Of a stretch of DNA of 64,000 bases, positions 1-11,500 are shown in pieces (position 1 is the first letter of the stretch; the number at the start of each line of letters is the position of its first letter). The stretch is from Klebsormidium nitens. Its lineage: Eukaryota; Plantae; Klebsormidiophyceae. The position numbers were made by a program, and so were the translations under genes. The DNA lies in assembly GCA_000708835.1 (NCBI GenBank), contig DF236952.1, forward strand, positions 186,001-250,000. The letters are read 5' to 3'. Under the pieces are notes generated by a model. That model was given only the letters and a program-made list of their open reading frames with translations, ran no database searches and was not told the origin of the DNA.

Positions 1-1537
1 ACGATCACGGGAAACGGTGACGTCTTGGAGCCGCACGATGGGGTCATAGGTGAGCCGTTCTTGAACCGTGATCCAAGTTGCCGACTGCAGTTATCTACTT
101 ACTCAGCCTGCTAAGTATCGTATTAAGGGGGAAATTCTCAGGACGTTCTTCGGACCTTTGGAAAAGTCGCGTATAAGATCCGAGATTCTCACACGAGTCA
201 AGCATAACACGAGTGGAAGTCAAGCCGTCAAACAAAAAGTAACTACAGGTTGGCGGATTGCAGTGGGCTTCTCGTGCTTGTATTCCACTTTTACGATTTT
301 AGGAATGCGGCTATCATTCCGTGAAGCTCGGTTTTGGATGGAGGTTCCGAAAGGAAGCCGTACCTACCAGATGCGGACTGCATCGTTGGACCTGGCGTCA
401 GCTTCCCTGACTAGAGAGAGCTTTCTTTGGTTTTCTCGTGTTCGCGGATTTTTTAGTGCAGCTTCCGTCAATATGCCTTGACTAAAGTCGATGAATTGAG
501 TCAGGCGGAAGCATATATTCCCACGAACATAAGTCCATCTACCATGTAGCTCAGAGGAACCGATAGCTTGTCGTTTTGGCGCTCTTTTCAGTCCAGTCAG
601 TGCGTCATATTGTCTGAAAGGAGTGCTTTCAGTTGTCTTTGCTCGTGATCACAAAATCGAAAGTTGCCTTCAGGAATTGGATCTGGGGGACCCTACGCCT
701 TGTCGGCTGCACGGGCACTCATCGACATTCCGGGAATGGATGCTGAGGCAATCGGTAAGCTTTCTTTTGGATGTCTGTTTGAGTGTCCGTTTGAGTTTTA
801 AATTCTGTTTTTAGCAATCAGGCTCAGAGGCAGTTTTGAAACTGCAAGGACGAAAAAGCACCGAACTCCCGTGTCTGGATCAGCTTTCACATCTATAGAT
901 TGCTACTATGTCCGGCTGTTCCCACACGATTGTTTTTCGTACGACTGTTTTCTAAACTGGTCGACTTTGGTCAAGCGGGATGGAGAGCACCGGCCTTGGC
1001 AGACCCTGACAGGCCGAGCGGTTGTAAGCCGTTTGCTTTGTTTTCTTGATTGTAGAGCTTTTGCCACAAGGCAGCAGCAGCAAGGTTGGCAATGTCCTTT
1101 CCGTCCGTGTCGGATTAAGTTGGTGTTTCTTATCCCTGGTCGCTCAGATGCTTCGCTTAAAGTGCCTTTGCTTCGTCCGAAAGGCTTGTTGATTGAAAGT
1201 ATGTGGTAGAAAGCCGGGTTGCAAAGGAGACCGAGCTCAAGCGAATCATGACCACCTTTCATCGTCTCCTCCTGCAGCTCGAAAGTCGATGACAATAGCT
1301 GCGGACGTCTGCATATACACAAACCATAACTTTGTCACGGAGACGATCGTCAAGGGAGAAAGACCCAGTCCTGCTCCGACCAGTTCACAAGCAGCACAAG
1401 AAGCAGTCAAGGGTGTTACCGAACCAACGGCAGAAAGTGATTCAGATAAAGTAGACATAGAATCTCTGGGGGAAGAGCCTTTCAAAAGCAGAACGGGTTC
1501 ATCGAGAATCGGAACGACATTCATGATTGATCTATAG
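1..1537 (+). CDS. hslV: ATP-dependent protease subunit HslV (ClpQ), nuclear-encoded, probably mitochondrial; 5' part lies outside the window
   Basis: GT-AG exons <1..49, 674..754 and 1278..1537 join in frame to [67 protein letters not shown]. This matches the HslV motifs TGNGDV, IGSGGxYAxAAARAL and IAxDxCIYTN. Confidence 0.92.
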
Positions 1538-2374
1538 AAGCATCCAAAGGTAGGCCTTGTAAATCTGGTGACCTAAGACGTGCGCGCTATCAATGGAGAA
1601 AGAAGCCCTTTTCCTTTTCTTGATGTGCCAATTTTGCAGGCGCTTTAGGACAGCGTCCAACATAGTTGATTCATGATGTCATGGTCGTTTTATTTGGCCG
1701 TCACAACCAACAATCCGTTCATTTGCCAGCATTGTATGTGTGTGTGCGTGTGCAATGACGCTCTTCCATGTGCTTATCGACGTGGTAGCTCAGCCTCGTT
1801 ATCGGATGCAAAGAGCATTCCAGTATAGGCACATGCCTGCATCTCTCACACAGCCCGTTCACGCAATGTGTATCCGGGAGTTTCGAATTCGCTTAAGCAT
1901 GCAGTGCATGCATGTCGGAGCACTGGCTCAGTGCCTCACTGAGTGTGCTTCATACCGTCTGATTCAAGCATAGCAGTATATTACCTAGCGTCGATCATAC
2001 GAACCCTGACGTTTTCGCCAGATCGACGGTAGGGGAAAAGGCCTTCGCAATGCGCTGCCACATGACCTTTGGATGTTACCCAAGACATTTGACGGCCCGG
2101 ATGGACGAAGGGGGCTGCAGGGGGAGCTCTCTTGTCGTGCGAGCTAAGGTAGCTACGATATCGCAGCTCACGCACAATGTGCTCGAAGCAAGGCGCTTTT
2201 CCTCGACAAGCGCCAAGGCCAGCCGAGTCCTTTCATTTGCAACTGGAGAAAACAAGCTGATCGATGACACAAGAGCGAACGGAAGAATCAGGAAGAGAAG
2301 CATGAACTGTTGCGCCGAGATCGTTAGTTATAGCAGCCTCGCAGCTTGAGCTTTGACAACTACAGGTGCAAAAG

Positions 2375-5195
2375 ATGGCGCTTACAAAAGACAAGCGCAA
2401 CCTGTTTATGATTGTGGCCTCAATCATGGCCTTCATCGCTTTGTTCCAGGTCATGAGCTATTTCAAAGTCGCCAGTTCCATGGAGAAAGAAGGGGTGGAC
2501 CCTCACCGGAAGATCAAGGTCCTCTCAGAAAGTCAGAGCCAAGCACTCTTACATCCGGACAAGGGCCGGCAGCACAAGGGCCTTCCTGACAGGAAGAATG
2601 CAAATCCCAGAGTAAGCTTGCTCCACTGCTCGATGATGTCATCCAATGCACCATCGCAAAACTACACAGAGCTCAGTGGCAGAAGCAAGCGCAGCTCAGC
2701 GGTGGAATTTAGAATGCAGGCTAAATATGAGAGACAGCTGCAGCGTCCTTTGCGTCTTGATTACTCTGCCAATTGTTTGGATGGTGCAATTCAAACATAA
2801 TGCAGGTAGAATAGGAACGACGTGCTGCCACTCGTATGAGGCATATGATTGCATCAAGCACATGTCCGAAGCTCTGAGTTAAGAAAGTTCAGTGTCTGTA
2901 GTTGTTTGCTGAGTGTTCGAGATTGGTGTCGTCAGTCTTGTCAAAAGTTTTCAAGATTCCAGAAGGATGATGCATTGCCATTCCTGGAAAAAGAAAAACC
3001 CGCCCTTGATTGGGCCCTCAATGTAGAAGAATCGGTGAAAGTGGCGGTCTCTAGCAGTAAGTCAATCACAAAGGTGCAGCGTGCTGCCATTGATAACCTT
3101 GAAAATTTTCAATTCTCTATTTTCTAACCATATCCTTCCTGCAAAAGTTCTCTGTAACATGAATGGACTTTTAACAACCCAAACTCACAAGCAGCTTGAC
3201 AGTGCAAGGCTTTTCAAATTACTCAACCGCCTCTTTAGGGTGACCTTTGCAAACAGAAGTGCCGGTGTATGCAAGCTGCGGGCCGAGCAGTCACTTTTAC
3301 CCCAAAAGAATAACTTGGTAGAGCAAACAGTCGCTACCCAGGAGGTATACCTGCTCTGTTTCACAGAAGTGGACTGTTCCTCTGACCGTCTTGACCTTGC
3401 CCAACCAGATTGAGCACTTCCTTGAAACAGAAGATTCATCCGTTTTTCGTGGTTCTTCTCCGCAGGTTTACTTCGACATCTCAATAGATGAGCGCCCAGC
3501 CGGCAAGGTGGTCTTTGAACTCTATGCTGATCGGGTGAGCTACTGGATGTTACTACAAGCGTCTATTATCACCTCAGGCATGAGATTTTCAAACATGTGT
3601 CACTCGTACTATGTGAAGTACAGAAGTTGTTGTTAAGGTTTGACCGCAATAAGTTCTGGTTCCCTTGCGGTGAGTCTTGGACAAAATCATTAATTATGCT
3701 CGGGGATGGATGTGATCTAGTGCTTGTTTTGTAAAACTCCTTTGCGTTGGCAAACGGCTCTTGCTTTTCGTTTCAGGCTGTATCCGAGAGGATATGGTTC
3801 GAAAAGGGAAGGAGCTTGTTCCCTTTTGAGCCCAATTTGTGCAAGGCTTTGTTCGGAGTGTTACATGTAGTTGCTTTTCTATCTGCTCAAGAACCTGCAT
3901 CAAATACCTGCCAATATGCAGGTACCCAAGACCGCTGAGAACTTCCGAGCACTGGCCAGTGGGACGTGGACAACCGCAAGCGGCGAAAAGTTGTCCTACA
4001 AGGGGTCGAAGTTCCATCGAATCTTTCCAGGTTTCATTTGTCAAGGAGGCGATCTAGATGGTAAGATTACCAACCCTCCTGATCTAGACAACTGGATTGA
4101 TTCAAACCAATCTGTCTGTCTGCAACAGGTTGCGACGAAAAGCCTGGTCGATTCGAAAATCGGAGCGAGGAGGTCGTGAAAAGACTTGATTTGGTGATCT
4201 ACCCATTTTGACTGGCATAGCACCTTTGTTACCTTGCCTCCTTTTTGATCGACATGTTTCCTCTTACAGCTTTCCAACTTTCTCGAGCATCTGAATGCAG
4301 ATTTTTTGCCCGCTTATAGTCTGCTTCCTGAAGCAAACCGCCGGTCAAGATATCCTTTCATTCGAAAGATACGGAGCTTCACAGTAGCATCAAGAAATGA
4401 CAGTGCGAAGAATCATTTGCCCTGTGCAGGTCAAGGAGGGCAGTCTATATACGGGCCGACGTTTGACGACGAGCCCAGTGGTCTGAAACTGAAACACGAT
4501 CGAGTAAGATGTCTGACCAACACTCTCCTGGTTGTGGATCTATTGAGGAGGGCGCCGGTTGTGGAAGCCCGCTTATGCGAGTCGAGGTAGCACTTCGAGA
4601 ATTCTGCGAATAGACTGATGCGAAGATGATTCCGTACTTCTTGGTAAATGCTTCAAAGTCTTGTTGATGAAGCAGTGGCGCAACCAGCGTCCGAGTGTGG
4701 GTGCTTCTTAGCTCTGCAAGTATGGCATCTCTTGTGGAACAGTTGTATCTGAGATCCTCTTAAAGAACCACTCTAAAGAATTATTGGTTGAATCAAACAG
4801 TCTAACATACTGATGACAGCTCAAGCTGAAGTAGCGCTTTCTTTCCAACAGAAGGGGCTGCTTTCCATGGCAAACTCGGGCCCCAACTCGAACGGGTCCC
4901 AATTCTCGATCCTGGTAAGTTTCAAATCCGATGTACATATGATCCGAGATGTATCCAGTTGATTCAGATTCGCGTTCTCTTTAGTTACAGATCCTCTTGC
5001 CTATACGCAGGCGCTAATCTCTGCTGTCATCTGTTGCAGATGGATGCTGCTCCACATTTAGATGGAAAATTTGTTATCTTCGGTGAAGTAATAAGCGGGA
5101 TGGATGTTGTAGAGGAGATGAACTCGTATGGTAGACAGGATGGGGTAGCTGCCGTTTCAATCGTTGTTACGAGTTGTGGAGAAATTACAGCTTAA
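2375..5195 (+). CDS. Cyclophilin-type PPIase with an N-terminal signal anchor
   Basis: First exon 2375..2611 has the hydrophobic stretch [21 protein letters not shown]. Domain exons 3466..3534, 3922..4060, 4430..4503, 4852..4914 and 5040..5195 give [85 protein letters not shown]. Exons between 2611 and 3466 are uncertain. Confidence 0.9.
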
Positions 5196-6062
5196 AGCTG
5201 AGGAGTCTGCAAGCTGCATGCTCCTTTTCCATGATTGAAACCCTTTTTTCCCTGTCGCTAATGCATGATGTGCACCAAGTAGTATTCATTAGATACGTAT
5301 TAGTATCGAGGGCCCCACCCAGCTGGCGGAGCATGGGCATGCTACTTCCTATAGCTAGTGCAAATACAACGAGATCTTCAAACAGAAGGGCATAAAGACG
5401 GCATGATATATATCCGCCCTTCAAGAGCTATATCATTGGGATCCAAGAATGCGCGCTGACCAGCTGCGCATCTTCACATGTTTGCGTCAGCATGTGCAGA
5501 AGGCAAGGCTCAAGCACAATCGAAATCCACATCGCCCCCCCCCGCTCTCCAAGTTAAGAGCGACCTTTTGATTTTCAAGCACTTAAAGCATTACTTGGGC
5601 GCCGCCTTACATCTTTTTGAACATACTCTGGTGCAATTCTTTAAATCTGTGCTTGAGGCAAGCTCTAAATAAATGCAGTGTAGCTTAGTGTATCTAGAGA
5701 TATGCTTAGGATCGACATAACGTTAATGACAGGACTGAAAACCAAAAAAATGGATGATAATCGGTGACTACACACCTGAGCCAAGCAATAACCTCGATAC
5801 ATTGAACCTCTTAGAGTTGAGCTGAAACAATCTTGAGAACGCCGGTGTATTGAAACGATTGTTGCCATGGCAGGCAGAGCAGTGGAACTGGACCACGATC
5901 GTGACGGGTGTATTTGTAATCACCACTATTTTTCTTCAATCAGAATAGGCCTTGTATTGTCTTCCCAAAAAGCATGGTTTCAGTTTATGTGCTTAATGTA
6001 CAGCTGAATTTTACCTTTTTGAATGTCCTCAGAGCCTTAAGAATCACAAGGCGAGCCCTCTC

Positions 6063-7726
6063 TTAAGGTGCAGACCTCCCTGAATTCTCCACAGGGAAAC
6101 CGGCCACCAGCTTCTTGATTTTGGAAATGGCTTTTCCTGGACTCAGGCCCTTGGGGCATGTCCGTGCACAGTTCATCTGCAAGATGAAAGAGAACAACAA
6201 TCGTTTGAACTTATCAAAGGAAAACTGGGATCTTGCATGTCTTGTCAGCGGAGAAACCGATATTCTGCATTACAAGAACTTTGTCTGCCATCAAGCAAAA
6301 AAGTCACGATTGGATGACCTTCAAACAGAAGCTTGAGAATGGAGACACCAAGACTAGGAGGGTGTCAAATAGGACTGTTGTCTTCTGCTATGCAAACCTA
6401 TCTCAAATGCTCTCTGCGTAACTTGATACCAGCGTTCGAGGTGAGCATCTACATGGGATTTTGATGGTAACCTCAAAGCTACTTACGATGGTGTGGCAGC
6501 GGTAGAGCTTGAATGGATCCACAAGCGCCTCCACCCTTTCCATTGTGAAATCATCCCTAGTGTCGGCAATCCATCTGCAAGGACCCAGGAAACAAACGAG
6601 TGGAGTCAGGGGGCAATTTGAACCAGTTGAACGATATCAATGCTGATCTTGCTGCACACGGTCTGCAACGTGGATTTGGAATACCAATTCGAGCACCAGC
6701 TTAATCAACAAAACAAGGAACTTGGCAATCAAAGCAAACTCGTCTGCATCGCCAGCAACAGCAGAACCAGAGCAAGCTTGGAATTTGAGAGTAGCTCCAT
6801 TTGACTTTAAAAGGGTCGTCACTCAACAAGAATCATCCTGTACTGACTTTCTGGTCACAAAAACCAGTGTGCAACCAACTAATAGAAGACTCTTGATCTC
6901 TAAGCGGTACTGCTTGACCACTAGCAACAGCACCACATACTGCAGGCACCCTGCTGATTGTATCTTACACATAAGACTTGTTGCAGAACTTGCAAGTATG
7001 AGTGGCAAGAAAACCACCAAAGCACCAAAGCACTTGCCTGTATGACTGGATAAGAGCGGCCGGCCCCAGGAACTTCTCCGGGTTCCACCAATAGCTCGGG
7101 CATGACGTGCTGCAGCATGCGCAAAGGATGCACTCATACAATCCGTCCAGCCTGTCCCTGTCCCCCTTCGTTTGGAAGTGCTCCTTGTTGTCCTTCGGAG
7201 CCTTCTTGGTTTTCAGCCACGGCTCGATCGACTTGTACTGGTTGTAGAAGTTGGTCATGTCCACAACAAGATCCTTGACCACAAACATATGGGGCAGCGG
7301 GGAGATCCTGGCAACATCGGCCGGGTTCGGGTCCACCTTGCAGAGACACGCAAGAGTGTTCCCACCGTTGATGTTCATCGCGCATGAACCGCAAATCCCC
7401 TCCCTGCATGACCTCCGGAATGTTAGGCTCTGGTCCTGCTCGTTTTTAATTTTGATCAGCACGTCCAACATCATCGGCCCGCACGCGTTGGTGTCCACCG
7501 TGTATTCCTTCATGTACGGCTTCTCGCCCTTTGCGGGGTCCCATCGGTATATCTGCACCTTCTTTAGGCTCGGCTCCTTGTGCTTGCCGGTCCCAACAGT
7601 CGCCTGCTCAGGGGCGCTGACTACCGCGCTGGTGGAGATGACCTTCACTGGATGCAACGCGCCGGCGGCAGCCTGCTTCAGCGCAGCGCCGATCCCCTGG
7701 TTACTCAGCAACCGCCGGGCCAACAT
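6063..7726 (-). CDS. SDH2: Succinate dehydrogenase iron-sulfur subunit, mitochondrial precursor
   Basis: Exons 7726..7038, 6574..6487 and 6176..6063. Motifs [51 protein letters not shown]. Arg/Ala-rich presequence. Intron 1 has a GC donor. Confidence 0.97.
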
Positions 7727-8514
7727 GGTGACCGCCTTCAATTGCCAAAACACGCGAACTGCCTGCGATTCTTAGCTTTGGGTGACGATGAAAGAGGCTC
7801 ACACCCTTCACGATACCAGCCGCCCTCTGTTGCCCCTGCCGCCCTCTCTGTGGCGCCCCTTTTCTTGCTGTTCAACTGGAATTTGGAAAGTGGAGACCGT
7901 TTGTGCACAGGTTTGCCAAGGCTCGTTTAGCCTCATGCGCAGACTTCCGCCTTGACACATCGACGTCGACGCCGACGTGGCATCATGGCACAGCTGTGAT
8001 GCCCCGAGTCGACTCAGCAAGTTCGACGTCCGTCGAAAGCGCGGAAAATCGAGAATTTTCCAGGAAATTTGAAGTGAGAAAAGCAGCTGCCATTGTGCCA
8101 GCTCACTGCTCAGTGAGTACCGTAGTCCAACGTGATCATTCCGAACGATATTATTTCGAATTATTTTCCAACAATCCGACCAGAAAAGCGGAATTATTTG
8201 TGCAGATTCCGACAACAATCCGAATGCCCTATGTTCTCAGTAAGAAGGGGATTTTAAGGCTGATTTTGGCTGTTTTGGGGCTTCCGAGGACCATTCTCGA
8301 ATTATTTAACCTTTCCGAATTTCCACTTTCCGAATGAGAAATCTGATTTTCTGACTTTCCGAATGCAAATAATTAGTTATTTATTCGGAATCATCACGTT
8401 GGACTACGGTAGCTTGGCCCTTCTTGCTTCCCTCGAGCGCTCTCGAGAGGGGCTCAGAGTCAGAGTCACGGTGCAGCAAAAGCTTGCAGAGGGGCTCAGG
8501 ATTTTGCAGTGCTG

Positions 8515-11500
8515 ATGGCCGCGTCAAGTGCAAGCTTCACGCAGTGCTGGAGGCTTTCCCAGCTGCACTCCGGAGGTTTGAGTTTGGCCGTTCTTGAATG
8601 TTCTGCCAATGCTGGCAAGAACCTAAAAAGCTGTCCACTTCCAAATTCCAAGCTTTTGTTCCGGCCTACTCCAAATGAGAAGTGGCGGAGGATTGTGCAT
8701 TCAACAAAAAATAGAGTGAGTGATATGCCAAGGCAAGCTGGCTGCAATTTTGTCTCAATATGGAACAATCAGATTGCTTTGGCTTGATCTATGGACGGCG
8801 CCACCCATCCCCTTTCAATTGGTATTGACCACTGATCAAAACCAATCAATTTCCTGGTCTGAATGCACTGCAATGTCCAATCGAGAAATTTGCTTGCTGA
8901 CCTTTTGTTTCCGTCGATGGGACGGTGGTGGGACACAGCAGTGGCTTGGTCCCTGGAACTCAAATGTGGGGCATCATGATGGCGGTGGCAAGGAGAGACT
9001 CAGAGCCATTTGTTTGCTGCTCGGATGTACGTTTCTGAGACATTGAGGTGATGGCAGTCCAAGATTCTGGAGGCAGCTAGTCAGTTGACTCCTTGGTGGG
9101 ACTGCTGAATGTGCAGGAGAGACAGCGAAGGCAGCGGCCCTTACAAGCGATGGCAAGTGTTGGCAGCCTAGAAAGCTCTGGTAAGATATCAGCAATGTCG
9201 GATGAGTTCTCATGAGGAAGGCAGGATCTTGTTTGCATTTCCGGAAGATAGGGCTCCATGGGAGATGGCGATAGGTGGTCCTTGTCACCATCACTCGAAA
9301 AGCCTGCATCTATCTTTGCATCTATCAAAATTTCTGCCTTTCAATCAGTGGCGCCAACAGCTCAGAGTGGGTGGCAAACAGCTGTCGTTGACCTTGGAAC
9401 TTCAGATGGTTGCAGAGGTTTTGCAATTGGCTGTAGAAGTGAAACACACTCAAATCTAGTGTCAATCTTTCGATCTGGTTGTGAAACCAGGTCTCTCCTC
9501 GGCCACGAAGAGGGGATTCCTGCTGTCACCAGGGAGAATCCTGCTCCAATTTTACATCCACTTTTGTCCCTAGTGGCTCAACTCTACCACAATTGAGATA
9601 TTCCCCATTGTGGCACATGCTCATTCCAGTATTCACCAACATACTACAATCTTTGTCATGTGTGAATCCAGGTGAAGATGCTCCAGACGTTAGAGAGTTG
9701 CAAGAAAGCACGCGGTTACTGCAGATTGTCAATGACTTTGACCCATACTCTGCCATGAGCACGCCCATCTACCAGACCGCCACCTTTGCTCAAGTGAGTG
9801 AACTCTGTGTTGATCAGTTCAAAAGGAATGGTTGAAGGACGCTGAGTTCAAGTGCCGATTGACCTGCTGAGTCTCCTTGTGAAATCCAGCAAATTGCACT
9901 TGTCAATTCTCCGTGATGATACAGCAGTTTATATCTTTTCCTTCACTCACTTTGTCCAGGGAAATTACAATCTGAAAAGGGAGAAAGATTGAGAATTGAG
10001 AATTTCTGTCGCTGTCAAAAGCTAACAACTTTTGAAAAGATACTTGAAACCTTGATTCGTTAGGTGGCACCCTTGGTCGACTTTGGATCTGCATCCGGCC
10101 TACAGGTTACAGTGCCCTCCGTTTTTTGATTCGATGACCCAAGTTTGCGCTCAATCGACCTCCATCTTTTGGTTCTTCAAACCGTTTCTTGGTAAAACCT
10201 CACACCAAGTTGGATTGATGTTGCTAAGATGCACACAGCTTGCTGTAGATCTATCAAGATGAGTCGGACGAAAACCCGTAGGGCCCATGTTTGATAGCTG
10301 GGCAAACGCTGATCATGGTGAGCGGTTTCTATGACGATGTACATGGCACGTTGTATAATTCCGCTTCCTTGGTTTGACAGCCCTCCGCTACAGAGAATGG
10401 GCCGTACGACTACACCCGGAGCGGAAACCCCACTCGGGCAGCCCTCGAAAAGTACGTCTTCCTGCCATCTTTCGCTTCAAGCTGCCTCTTCTGGATGTGG
10501 TACCTAAGCGTAGTGCATCTCGGGATCGAGATTGTCGAGTGAAGCAGTTCACGAAAACCCTCCACATGAGTCAATATTGGATTCTGGTGCCTGTTTGATA
10601 ACACGGGTTCTGTTCGCCAACATATACATAGAACATTTTCATCTTCGTCCAGGGTGTTGGCAGATGCTGAGGGGGCGAAGCGCGCATTTGCGTTCACCAC
10701 AGGCATGGCTGCGCTGGCCGTCGTGACAAACCTGGCGTCAGCAGGTGCGTTGTCATTGTTGTTCTATGGGCAGCTTCTGTCCAATGCTTCTCGAAGTCCT
10801 AGGACTGACATGCGTTTTAAGGCCCGTGAGCTTCGATGCTGTCTGCTCGATTGCTCTTTTTACAAGTCCTTTCGACTTGCCTTTTCTCTTCAGTCGTGGA
10901 GCCGGATGAGTTCAGCACACACCTCACTTGTTCTGGCTCCCCTCCTCTGCTTGACACTCGTCCGTCAGTATTTGGCCCATTGTAGCAGCAACAGTCGTTC
11001 CGAAACTTTCTCCAAATCTCCGGTACTTCATTTGCTGATTCAGGCGAAGAAATAGTGGCGGCAGATGATATCTACGGGGGCACGGACCGGCTACTGTCGC
11101 AGGTGGTACCGAGGAGCGGGGTGACGGTCAAGTGAGTTTGCAGGGGTGTTCAACCCTCTTACCTTGGGACCATAACCTGAAACGCGAAGTTCGACATAGT
11201 TTTTGCGAAGACTAGTGGTTCCATGTGTGCTCGTTGCATAGTTTTAGCTTTTATCGGCATGTGCGGCCCCAGATTTCTGTCAACTCATGGGCGCTTGTCA
11301 TCGCGTGTCGTTAAGACGTGGCGTGTGCCGTCCGATTCCTGAGAACATCGACAAGGTTGACACCCAGGATCGGTATACAAGAACAACGCACTTGCACGGC
11401 CGCTTTCGCAGCGAGCGTCAATTCCTTCCTGATTCTCCAATGGGATGATTGCCCCGGGCTGTTAATCAAGGCGAAGCTGTGACACTTGGCATACTCCGTA

